A stretch of DNA of 64,000 nucleotides from contig JADJVK010000054.1 in NCBI GenBank assembly GCA_016710625.1, positions 65,040 through 129,039 of the forward strand, written 5' to 3'. Source of the DNA: Saprospiraceae bacterium. GTDB lineage: Bacteria > Bacteroidota > Bacteroidia > Chitinophagales > Saprospiraceae. Below, one piece after another: positions 42,135 to 53,000 of this stretch (its first letter is position 1; each line of letters starts with the position of its first letter). A program made the translations under genes and the position numbers. The notes beneath the pieces are model-generated. The model did no database searches, was not told the origin of the DNA, and worked only from the letters and a program-made list of their open reading frames with translations.

Positions 42135-43726
42135 ATTTCAGCTTCTAAGATTAGAAAATCTGCTGTTAATGGTTTTAGATATTGAAATAAATATGCCAAA
42201 AAATCATCCCCATACTTCAAATAATAAGGCAAAAAGTTATCCACTCTTTCTTGAAGCCCATTATTTGGGAAAAACTTTTGATGTAGGTTTCTAATTTGTT
42301 GCACCTGAGTATCGTGTTTTTGTTTACTAGCCCGCATCAGCCTACTTTCCAATTGGTCAATTACACCAAGTTGTTTGTTCATTTCTACCACCACAGTGGA
42401 TGAAAGTGTTGGGTCGATTGACTCAGCGATGGTCTTAATATTCTCAAAAATTGCAGTTAATTGGCTTTTGTTTTCAGATAAAGAAAGATTTGTCTCAGTA
42501 TTTTTGATAATATAATCTTTTACAAGAACCTCAATATCTTGAAATAAATCTATTGAAGCAAACCCTAATTTATGTAATTTTTTGCTCGAATCCTTATCTA
42601 CCCAAATGACTGAATTCCTTCTGACTAAAATCGGATAGGGAATGTTGTAATGTTCAAATTGTGTTTTTCTTTCCAACCAGTATGCAATTTCACCACCACC
42701 ACCGATGTAGGCAAGATTGGGTAAAATCATTTCTTGAAATAGTGGTCTCATGATGACATTTGGACTAAAATGATTCGGGTGGTTTTCTATTTCTGCAATA
42801 ATTTCGTTTTCAGTGAATTGTATATCTGTGTTTAAAACTTTATATAGATTTTCTTCAAAAACTATCCTTTCTCTTAATCCTTTTTGTATGTAAAAGAAAT
42901 TGATTTCTCTTGGAAAAGCCTGGTTTTTATAGCCAAGATTTTCTAATTTTTGAATACTTTGATCCACCAGTTGTTTTGAGGTTTGGTGAAGGATTTCATC
43001 CTTAATGATTGGTGAAAATATCTTTTTAAATTGGTCGTCATACATATTGATAACCAACAAATTATATTTTTCAAAAATAGTGTCAATTAAAAACTGAGTA
43101 GCTTCAAAATAGGTTTCAAAACTAGTATATGCTTTTTCGATAACCTGATAAATGTAATCTGCATTTTCTGAATTGCCTAAAACTTGTTTTAATTGTCCCA
43201 AAAAATCTTTCAATGAATCCAAACCAAATAAACCGACAGGTCCTTTTTCATTGGATTCCCAAACTAATTTTTTGTTAAAAATATGAATATGATTGACTTC
43301 TTCAAAATCGTGGTCTTCTCCGCCAATAACAAAAAAAGGAACAAAATTGTAGGCTGGATACTGCTCTTTTAGTTCACTTGTTAAGTTTATTGTAGAAACT
43401 ATTTTATAAATAAAATAAAGTGGTCCTAAACAAACTATGGGTTGATGTGCTGTAGCAATCGTAAAAGTATCTTCACTCAGCAAACTTTCAATTAGCTCTT
43501 TTCTATTTTCAAGTTTGTTAATTGCTTGATATTGAGCGGTTAATACTTTGTTCAAAGTGGCTCTATCAATATTCTGCAATTTTTTTGCTTCAATTAATTT
43601 TTCAAAATGCTCAATAGTTGGAGAAAGGTTATAAAATGGACTTAAATCTTGATTTAAATTTTTATAAGCAATATCTGTTTTAGATAATTGGCTAATTTTT
43701 GAATAATTTAAAGAAGTAGCAATCAT
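42131..43726 (-). CDS. bshC: putative bacillithiol biosynthesis cysteine-adding enzyme BshC
   Basis: 531 aa. ATAHQP...GPLYFIYKI...GGEDHDFEE resembles the BshC signature, recalled from memory. Its stop overlaps the GT39 start (ATGA). Confidence 0.5.
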   Translation of the reverse strand: MIATSLNYSKISQLSKTDIAYKNLNQDLSPFYNLSPTIEHFEKLIEAKKLQNIDRATLNKVLTAQYQAINKLENRKELIESLLSEDTFTIATAHQPIVCLGPLYFIYKIVSTINLTSELKEQYPAYNFVPFFVIGGEDHDFEEVNHIHIFNKKLVWESNEKGPVGLFGLDSLKDFLGQLKQVLGNSENADYIYQVIEKAYTSFETYFEATQFLIDTIFEKYNLLVINMYDDQFKKIFSPIIKDEILHQTSKQLVDQSIQKLENLGYKNQAFPREINFFYIQKGLRERIVFEENLYKVLNTDIQFTENEIIAEIENHPNHFSPNVIMRPLFQEMILPNLAYIGGGGEIAYWLERKTQFEHYNIPYPILVRRNSVIWVDKDSSKKLHKLGFASIDLFQDIEVLVKDYIIKNTETNLSLSENKSQLTAIFENIKTIAESIDPTLSSTVVVEMNKQLGVIDQLESRLMRASKQKHDTQVQQIRNLHQKFFPNNGLQERVDNFLPYYLKYGDDFLAYLFQYLKPLTADFLILEAEI

Positions 43727-43826
43727 ATTTAAAATATAATGGGCAAAGATAATCTACTGTATTGTAAAAAATGAACTTCTACAATATAAGATTGATGTTA
43801 ACAGTTTTCTTTACCAAATGTTTTAA

Positions 43827-44516
43827 TTACTGTTTGCTTTCTAAAGTTTGGATTAATTGAGGAATGATTTTCAAAGCACTTTCATAACCAATTTGAAATA
43901 TTTCATCAGCTTTAGAAATACTAAATAGGGTCATATTCCTCAATCCGAAGTGATTGATGATTAAATCACAGGAATCCACGTCAATTGTTGTATTTTGATT
44001 CACCACTAAGTCAAAACATCTTATGCCAATTTCTTTCATGGTTGTCAATTCATGGTTATCAATATCAACATATGGTATCAAATTGCTACCAATGAGAAGA
44101 TTGCAATCCTTTTTTATTACTCTTGCTGGTAGATTTACTATTGAGCCTTTTTCTTTGATTTCCGGAATTCCTTTTGTCAGATTGGTAACTGCTATTTTTA
44201 ATGGGATATTTAGTTTTGCAAAATCATTGTGAGGGATCATTTTTAGAATTTTTTCTTCTAAAAATGTAGTTTTCACTAAACCTCCAGTAGGCAATCTCAT
44301 GCTGAAAAACTTGAAAATAGTGGTATCTCTCACAAATTCCATCATATCTTCTGAGCTAAAGCCATTTGCATACAATGCTGCAACTATGGAGCCTGCACTA
44401 GTACCTGAAACGACATCTAATTGTATATTATTTTCTTCAAAAGCTTTTAGAACACCGATATGAGCAACGCCTCTTGCACCTCCACCAGAGAATGCCATTC
44501 CTATTTTCATCATCAA
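43827..44516 (-). CDS. patatin-like phospholipase
   Basis: 229 aa. GGGARG oxyanion hole, GTSAG serine motif and a DG dyad. Confidence 0.8.
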   Translation of the reverse strand: MMMKIGMAFSGGGARGVAHIGVLKAFEENNIQLDVVSGTSAGSIVAALYANGFSSEDMMEFVRDTTIFKFFSMRLPTGGLVKTTFLEEKILKMIPHNDFAKLNIPLKIAVTNLTKGIPEIKEKGSIVNLPARVIKKDCNLLIGSNLIPYVDIDNHELTTMKEIGIRCFDLVVNQNTTIDVDSCDLIINHFGLRNMTLFSISKADEIFQIGYESALKIIPQLIQTLESKQ

Positions 44517-44535
44517 TCTAGTTATTTTTTATATA

Positions 44536-46176
44536 CTAGTATTTAACGATTTTTTGAACAAAAGATTCTGCGATATGATTTGTTTTTAAAAAATAAGTAC
44601 CACTTGGTAAATTTGAAAAGTCGATATTTAATTTATTTTGGTCGATATCCATGATTATTTTGCCTTCATTATCAGTCAGTTGTATGTTTTGGCTTGAGTG
44701 GTGATAATCAATAAGATTCAAGCTATTTTCAACTGGATTTGGATAAGCCAATTTCTTTTGCTCATTCAAGTCAATCAAAGTGTTCGCTATCTCTAAATCA
44801 CTCATGTACCTTGGTTGAATGATATAATCCGTATTATAAGGCAGTTTATTTGAGTTTTGAATTTCTACTCCTGACAATTTGAAAGTTTTGTTTATCGGAT
44901 TAGAAAGATTGAAAATATCTGTATTTTCCTTAATTCTCATAACAAAACTGCTGGTTCCATCTGTTACTTGAACATCAAAAAATGGACTCTTTTTCACCCA
45001 TTCTTGTTCATTTACTATTTTAACAGCATTATTCCAAGTTACCAAAGTATTCTCATAACCTTCATTTAATTCAATAATAGTTTGAGGAGATTTATAATCT
45101 TTTATATTTTGATCCAAAAATAAGGTATCGATGCTTACCACTGTTAGCCCAGATAACTGTTTTAGAGTTCCCCAAACTGTAATTTGTTGTTTTTCAGTGG
45201 CATTATAATTGAAATTAGTAGTCGAATTATAAATCATAATTCCTTCACCATCCTCATTTGTCAATAAAAACTCCAATTTTTTTCCAGCAATAAAATTTGG
45301 CGAACTCACTATTCCAGAAATCTTAACGTTGCTATTCAAATTGTAGGGTTTTCCATAAATATCATTTTCTCGACATTCTTTGATGGTCAACGATTCATAA
45401 ATTTTTCTAGGAATCAAGTCATCAGCACTTCTTGGAACTAAAATATAATTCTCTAAAAATGGTGGAGAATCATCATCTTGAGAGCCAAAACCTATGATAT
45501 CGAATTCTCCAAAAGGAACAGGCAATTTAGATAATGTTGATTTTTCAGAAATCAAAATTTCAAATAATCGAATATTATTTGAAACTGTAACTTTAAATGG
45601 ACTTGTTGAATTCTGTACCCACTGTTTAACATCTTTTAAATGAACCTTTTCAATTTTAACCAACTTCGATTCTGTTGATTCATCCAAAACTTTAACTATC
45701 ATAGGTTTGATTAAATTATTGATAATTCCTGTTTTAAAAAAAGTATCAACTTGAATGTTTATTCTTCCATTGAATTGACTTACAATACCTCTAACGACAA
45801 TCTCATCACCAATTTTGAAATTTGGGAAAACAGTCGCATCTTTTTCAATTAAAATACCATTGGTATCTTTATCCATAATATAGACTGAATATTTTTGAGA
45901 TGTCAGATTATCTGAATAAATATAACCTTTTACCTCATATTTTTTATTCAATTCAATGGCTATACCGTTTAAACCAGTTTTTAAAATATCATTAATATTG
46001 TATTGTGGATAATTTTCGTCTAAAAGAATATCTATTTCATTAATAATATTTTTGTTCCCAACTCTATTATTAAAATTTATAATATCCTGTGAAGCTTCTT
46101 TTTTTTGCTCTACTTGAGCTGTTAAAAAAAGAGAGCAGGAAACAAAATAAAAAATGGAGAAATAAAGTTTTTTCAT
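44536..46176 (-). CDS. hypothetical T9SS-secreted protein (type-A CTD)
   Basis: 546 aa. Signal peptide. C-terminal AYPNPVENSLNL...GTYFLKT...KIVKY. Confidence 0.55.
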   Translation of the reverse strand: MKKLYFSIFYFVSCSLFLTAQVEQKKEASQDIINFNNRVGNKNIINEIDILLDENYPQYNINDILKTGLNGIAIELNKKYEVKGYIYSDNLTSQKYSVYIMDKDTNGILIEKDATVFPNFKIGDEIVVRGIVSQFNGRINIQVDTFFKTGIINNLIKPMIVKVLDESTESKLVKIEKVHLKDVKQWVQNSTSPFKVTVSNNIRLFEILISEKSTLSKLPVPFGEFDIIGFGSQDDDSPPFLENYILVPRSADDLIPRKIYESLTIKECRENDIYGKPYNLNSNVKISGIVSSPNFIAGKKLEFLLTNEDGEGIMIYNSTTNFNYNATEKQQITVWGTLKQLSGLTVVSIDTLFLDQNIKDYKSPQTIIELNEGYENTLVTWNNAVKIVNEQEWVKKSPFFDVQVTDGTSSFVMRIKENTDIFNLSNPINKTFKLSGVEIQNSNKLPYNTDYIIQPRYMSDLEIANTLIDLNEQKKLAYPNPVENSLNLIDYHHSSQNIQLTDNEGKIIMDIDQNKLNIDFSNLPSGTYFLKTNHIAESFVQKIVKY

Positions 46177-46497
46177 GTTATAATATCAACTAACCTAATT
46201 AATGCCATAAAGATAATTGTTTGTCTATCAAATACCAATTAAAAAATAAAAAAATATTGAATATTTGTTTGAAAATATTTTTAAACTAATAAATTCACCC
46301 AATATCCTTTGAATGAATATATTACAAAATAATTTTATTTGAATCTGTATGTTTAAACTTTCAATTTTTATTCTTTCAATTTTTTAAATTAATCGAATTA
46401 TAATTTCAATTTAATTTGATTGGAAGGATGTCAAAAAAGGAATTTCGAATGATTTTAGTAATAAATTTCAATATCATTTTTTTTCAATTATTTTTGT

Positions 46498-47142
46498 GTG
46501 AAATTTTTTTATATGGGACTCTTTACAAGAGAAGATAATGATTCGAGGTTAGATGAAATGGCATCATTGGCAAGGTCGATGAATGCTTCATTTGAAGCAG
46601 AAGATGATTCGGGAATCATTAAATTACTGAAGGATTTTAATATTTATGCTAGTTGGAATAATAAACAAAAAATAAAGCATGTTATCAAATTAGACGATGC
46701 TTTTCTGGAAACTAGATTACTTGTTTTTGACCATTATGTAACAAAACATGCCAATAATGCAAGAGTTTTGGAGAAACAAACTGCCTATTTTATTCAATCC
46801 AAAAAATGGGTTTTGCCTGAAATTTTAATGCAACCTGAAGATTTGTTCCAAAAAATTGCACATTTTTTTGGTGGTCAAGACATCAATTTTACTACTCATC
46901 CAGAGTTTTCTAGAAATTATCGACTTAAAGGAGACCCCGATTTAATCGATAATACATTTAACCATGATGTTTTGAATTTCTTTACAGTGGAAAGGGATTG
47001 GACGATGGAAGCTCTGAATTATTATTTACTTTTTTATAAGAAAAAACAATTGATTGATCCTCAAAATATTAAAAAAGACATTACCAATTTGACTAATTTG
47101 CTGAAATATTTTGAAGCCGAAAGTTTGGATTTAGGAATATAG
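46498..47142 (+). CDS. hypothetical protein
   Basis: 214 aa with no recognisable family. The real start may be the internal MGLFT. Confidence 0.35.
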   Translation: MKFFYMGLFTREDNDSRLDEMASLARSMNASFEAEDDSGIIKLLKDFNIYASWNNKQKIKHVIKLDDAFLETRLLVFDHYVTKHANNARVLEKQTAYFIQSKKWVLPEILMQPEDLFQKIAHFFGGQDINFTTHPEFSRNYRLKGDPDLIDNTFNHDVLNFFTVERDWTMEALNYYLLFYKKKQLIDPQNIKKDITNLTNLLKYFEAESLDLGI

Positions 47143-47271
47143 TAATCATTTTTTTTGAGTTCTTTTTGTTGTTTTTTAACAATTCCTAATAAAGATTGTT
47201 TTATCCTTTATTTTTTACTTTAAAATTATTATGATTGTCATAACGAACCCACTTTTTATTAAATTTGCCTT

Positions 47272-49094
47272 ATGAAACATTATTTCAGGTTACTTAGATA
47301 TCTAATTCCTTATAAATCAAAGGTTATTTCCTCCATAGTTTTGAATATTCTAACGGTTTTCTTTTCGTTAGGATCCATTGCTATTATTATTCCTGTACTT
47401 AAAATAATTTTTAAAAACATAACTATAACTCCTGATAAACCCATTTACAACGGAAATATAAAAACTTACTCAGAGCAAATTTTAAATTATTATATCTCCT
47501 TTTATGCCAATCTGAATGGACCATTTTATGTCTTATTGTGGGTGGTGGGTATTGCAGGATTTTTATTTCTTTGCAAAAATGTATTAAGATATTTTGCTGA
47601 AATATTACTTGTAAACATCAAAAATGGGGTAGAAAGAGATATTCGAAATGATTTGCACCGAAAAATATTAGAGATGCCGATTGCTCAACTGACTGAGCAA
47701 AGAAAAGGGGATTTGATGGCTCGATTAACGAATGATATTTTAGAAATTCAATGGGCAATTTTCAGCTCCATCCAGCGGTTGATTCAGGATCCCTTGATGA
47801 TTATTCTTACAGTCATTGTGTTGATTTTCTTTAGTGCAAAACTGACAGTATTTGTCATCATTTTGATTCCAATTACGGGTTTGGTGATTACCTCTTTGGG
47901 GAATAGTTTGAAAAAACCTTCGGAAAGAGCCAAAGAAGAATTGGGCAAAATAATGTCTCATATTGAAGAAAATATTGGTGCTTTGTCTGCCATTCGTTCC
48001 TATGTTGGGGAAGATAGGATTCAGAAGAAATTCGAACAAAGCAATCAACATTATTTACAGCAATGAATCAAATGCTGTATAAAAGAGAGCTTTCTTCTCC
48101 AGTAAGTGAAGTGATGGGAACTTTAGTAATGTTAGCCATTATTACTTATGGTAGTTATTTGATTATCAATTACAAAGAGCTAGAACCAGAGGTTTTTATA
48201 ACCTATATTACCTTATTTTATCAAATCATTAATCCTGCAAAATCGCTTTTCAGTAGCGATCTATGATATCAAAAGGGAGAGGCTTCTTCATCTCGGATTT
48301 TTTCTTTGTTAGATGCACCTAATCCATTGAAAGACAAGGATAATGCACTTGCTATCAACACATTCACTGATTCTATTGCCTTTGAAAATGTGTATTTTAG
48401 TTATATTGAAGAAAAAATTGCAGTTGAAAACTTCAATTTAACAATTAAAAAGGGTGAAACTGTGGCTTTAGTGGGGCAGTCGGGTAGTGGAAAATCTACA
48501 ATTGCAGCACTTCTCAATCGTTTTTATGATGTCGATAAAGGCTCCATTAAGATTGATGGCCATGATTTGAGGGATTTGAAACAACATGATTTCAGAAAAA
48601 TGATCGCCTACATACCGCAAGAAGCACATTTGTTTAATGATACGATTAAAGAAAACTTATTACTCGGAAAACCAGATGCAAGTATGGAGGAAATTATCCA
48701 TGCCTGCAAAGTCGCCAATGCCTACGATTTTATTACTGAAACAGAAAATGGATTTGACACTACGATCGGAGATAGAGGGAGTAAACTGAGTGGGGGACAG
48801 CGACAAAGACTAACGATTGCTAGAGCTGTTTTGAAAAATCCACCTATTTTATTATTGGATGAGGCGACTTCTGCTTTGGATGCAGAATCTGAAAAATTAG
48901 TACAAGATGCACTGAACAAACTTCTGACAAACAGAACTTCAATTGTGATTGCTCATCGATTTAGTACTATCAAAAATGCAGATAAAATAGTGGTGATGAA
49001 AGAAGGTAATATCATAGAAGTAGGAAATCATGAATCACTTGTAAAAAAAGAAGGGGAATATTATAAATTAGTTCAATTGCAAGGATTAGAGTAA
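47272..49094 (+). CDS. MsbA-like ABC transporter (fused permease + ATPase), split into three ORFs by frameshifts
   Basis: ORF 47272..48066 is the six-TM domain. ORF 48063..48266 is the TMD tail. ORF 48306..49094 is the NBD, with Walker A GQSGSGKST, LSGGQRQR signature and Walker B ILLLDEATSALD. Confidence 0.75.
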
Positions 49095-49140
49095 TATTTT
49101 ATAGTAATTATCGTTTTTAAGTTTGGTTAAATAACAATTT

Positions 49141-49803
49141 ATGCTCAAATATTTATACTTATCAATACTTATTTTTGTGATTAACATAGGTTTATCGCAG
49201 AATGACTGGGTATTTAAGGGAAAAAAAAGTAATATAAATATCTATTATAAAAAAACTGCGGATGTGTATGATTTAAAGCTTACTACATCTGTTCGTTCGT
49301 CTGACGAAGGTTTTATAAAATTATTATCAGAAGTAGAAATGTTTCCGAATTGGATTTATAAAGTAAAATCATCCAGACTTATTAAAAAAATTAGTGAAAC
49401 AGAAGGGATATATTACATTTTACTCGATTTTCCTTGGCCCCTTAATGATAGAGATATGGTGATGCACTACCATCTCGAAGTGGACAAAAAGCATGAAATT
49501 ATCTATTCTCGTTCGTATGCAGAGCATGATATAGTGCCTGAGGTAAAAGATGTCATCAGAATTACCAATGCAAAACTAGAATGGAAAATATTCAAACAAC
49601 AAAATGAATACGTTTATTTTGAGTACACCAACCACTCTGACCCTGGAGGCAAAATCCCAGACTGGCTAGTCAATTTGGTTTTAGACAAAGGACCCATAGA
49701 GACCATCAAAAAGATGAAAACCTACCTAGAAAAACCAGAATATTTTTTGGAGAAAAAAAGGTTTTTTGATGAAATTGAATTAGTTCTAGTAATCAATTTT
49801 TAA
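49141..49803 (+). CDS. secreted START/SRPBCC-domain (lipid-binding) protein
   Basis: 220 aa. Signal peptide followed by a START-like core (LSEVEMFPNWIYKV...DRDMVMHY...GGKIPDWLVN). Confidence 0.6.
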   Translation: MLKYLYLSILIFVINIGLSQNDWVFKGKKSNINIYYKKTADVYDLKLTTSVRSSDEGFIKLLSEVEMFPNWIYKVKSSRLIKKISETEGIYYILLDFPWPLNDRDMVMHYHLEVDKKHEIIYSRSYAEHDIVPEVKDVIRITNAKLEWKIFKQQNEYVYFEYTNHSDPGGKIPDWLVNLVLDKGPIETIKKMKTYLEKPEYFLEKKRFFDEIELVLVINF

Positions 49804-50071
49804 TACAATTTAATTTAACAATAATATCTTCGAATGCATATTTGTGAACTCGATTTTCTATTTGTAAATATTAGATTTTGAGCTAGTTAAAAGATATGAT
49901 TATAATTGTCATTTAAAAATAAATTTTTAAATATTAAATAATATCAAAATTAAAAGTGATTAATATGATATTTCAATTTATTTTTAATATAAATCTTTTT
50001 TCTAATTTAGTTATTTATATGAACTAATATTAAATGTTTTTAAATAACTATTATTAAATTTTTATTTAGTT

Positions 50072-53000
50072 AGTGATTTCTAATATTTCAACAAAGTTGT
50101 CAAGGTTTCCAATTTTTACAATATCACCAATTGTGTGTCCAATAAATGAAATTGCTAAAGGTGATTTGTAATATATATTCTGTATACCATTTTTAATTTC
50201 GTTTTTGCCCTGTTCGGTTTCAATTATCAAAAAAGTCAAATCCTTTCCATTGTTGTATTTTACATTAATTTTACTGTTAATTTTTACTTGATCAGTTAAT
50301 ACCTTTGTCGATACAACTTTTGTTTATCCAATACTTTGTATAATTTCATTGTCTTTCTCTATATCTATAAAAGATGTTTGTAAAACATATTCTTCTAATA
50401 ATTCTATGTCATCTGTAAATGCAGATGATATATTTGAATGACTTTTTAAACTATGATTAGACGATTCAATTTGTTTAATAAATGATATAAGATTTGTAGT
50501 TTCTCTTCTTGGGTTGTCCCACCAATTTGTACTCCAAATACGATGAAAAACAAAACCGTGGTCTTCTAATATTTTCTGTCGATGTCTGTCATACAAATAA
50601 GCTTCTCTGCTTGAATGCCATTTTGCTCCATCACATTCTATTGCAATTTTTGGAACTCCTATTATTTTTGGGTCGTAAACTAAATCAATTCTAAATTCAG
50701 AAACTTTTACTTGTGGAAATAAATTTTTGTCGCCCAATTCATCAACAAGTCTTTGATAAACTTCTTCTTCAAAAGGCGATTCTAACTTATCTAAAACATC
50801 AGGATTAATCACAACACTTTTATTGTGTATTCAGCAAGTGAAGTTAAAATTGAAACTCTCAATTCATTATTACTTTCACTAACAGCTTTTGAATATGCTA
50901 AATAAGCATACAACACTGCTCTTTTGTTATTTGAGCCTTCTGTCGTCAAATATGATTTGTAGTCATAAAAACTTTTTCAGGTATTGAAGTACAAACATAT
51001 ACTTTGTATTTTGCTCTAGTAATAATTACATTTAAGAGTTTATATCCATTTGTATGGTTTATTGGACCAAATCTCTGAGCAAATTTACGGTCTTTTCCAA
51101 TACCATAAGTAGTTGATAAAATGATTACATCACGTTCATCTCCTTGGATATTTTCCAAGTTTTTAATGAACATTCCAGTTTCTTCTTACTCTTGAATCTT
51201 GCTGTTAAATTCTTCAAATTTTGTAAATTTTTGTCTCTCTATAATTTTTCTCTTTATTAAATCTCGTTGAGCAATATTAAATGTTGCTATACCAAGTGTC
51301 GGATATTCACCATTTGGTAATCGATTAATATTTTTGTCAATTATTGACAATACCATTTCTGCTTCTGCTTCGTTTGTATGTTCTGAAAAAGTACCATTTA
51401 CTTGAATATATTTTATTGGTACATAATCAAAATTTGCTGGCAAAGGTTTTAACCTTTGGTCGTAAAAAGCATAATTTGAAAAGTCAATTAAAAAAGGATG
51501 CCTTGACCTGTAATGAAAATCTAAATGTTGTTTATCAAATTTTAGTTCTGTTCCAAATTCAAGTAATGATTCACAAGAAAGCAATAAGTTATCTCTATCT
51601 ACAACAATTTTCTCTTCTTCAATATCATCCTCGTCTTCAACTTCTCCATCAAAAACTTTGCTGAAATAATTTGATGGTGGCATTTGATGTTCATCGCCTG
51701 CAATAATTATTTGTTTACCTTTCAAAATCGCTGGCAAGTTATCTTCAAGTCGTAATTGACTGGCTTCGTCAAACATTACAATGTCAAAATAACCATTCAT
51801 TCCTTTAAACAAGTTACTTGCAACATCTGGTGAAGTTAAAATTATTGGAAAGAAACTTGTAAATAAATCGGAATCATATTGGAACAATTTGTCTTAATGA
51901 AAGACGTTTGAATCTTGGACTACTTCTTTTATTGTATAAATTTTCTACAGATAAATTACTATTACGTTGCTCAAAATCTCTAGATTTGTCAATCTGTTTC
52001 GAATACCAAAAATCTTTAATATATTTTAATTGTTCCCTCTCTACACTTTTTAATGTTGTGTCTAATTCAATGTGGTCATTTTCGTTTATAGGCAAATCTA
52101 TATTTGCAGATGAAAGCAATAATGAATGCAAATAATGAATTAAAAATGTTTTACGCCAATTTTCTTTGCCAATTAATTCGTTTACAATTGCTTTATCATC
52201 TGTATTTAAAGAATTGAAAAATTGAAACCACCTAAATTCAATTGAGAAATTGTCTTGTTCAGAATCAAAATATTTATTCTTTTTGGATATTGTACTTTCT
52301 ACTTCTGAAATGTATTTATTTAGGTCATTAAATTTTGGTTGTTCCGAAATCCAATTATCCGTATTAATTTTTTTTGTTAAATAGTTAACTTTTTCTTGAA
52401 GAATTGGTAAGTTTTTTAATTCCATTTCACTTGGGCTTGTTTGTAGCAAACTCAATTTCTGAAACTCTGATTGAATTTTAGAATCAAATTCATTTTTTAT
52501 TGCTTCTATTTTTGCAAATACTTCATCAAAAGACGCAGTATTTTCTGTGTAGCTTTTTGCAAAGGAATATGTAAAATTTAGGTCTTTATGTGTGGTTAAA
52601 TTATTTTTTAACTTTTCAAAATCAGAAATTAAATCGCTTTGAAGATTTGAAAAATTGTTTTTTATTTCAAGTAAGTGCTTTTGAAATTCATTAGAATTTT
52701 GAGAATTATTTATTTCTGTATTTAATGACTGAAACTGATTTGATGATTCGTTTATATTTAAAATCAATTGAAGATTAAAATTATCAAATTCAGTTTCTAT
52801 TTTTTGATTAAAGTAATTCTTTACTCTATTTAATTCTGATTTGTAATAGTTTAAAACATTTAGTTTTTCAGCTAATGAATCTTTAAAATCTGCATTGGGA
52901 AAATCCTTTGCATTTTTAATTTCTACTTCCAACTTCTCAAAATGTTTTTTGAGTGAATAATGGTCTGCAATAGTTTCCTTTTTTGCCTTTGAGAAAATAG

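Noticed and set aside
50072-50320. A stand-alone GreA/GreB-like transcript-cleavage factor gene.
   Set aside because: There is no start codon. It continues directly, in a shifted frame, from the DUF559 fragment, so it is treated as the C-terminal tail of the fragmented helicase protein. The resemblance to GreA-C is weak and by eye only.
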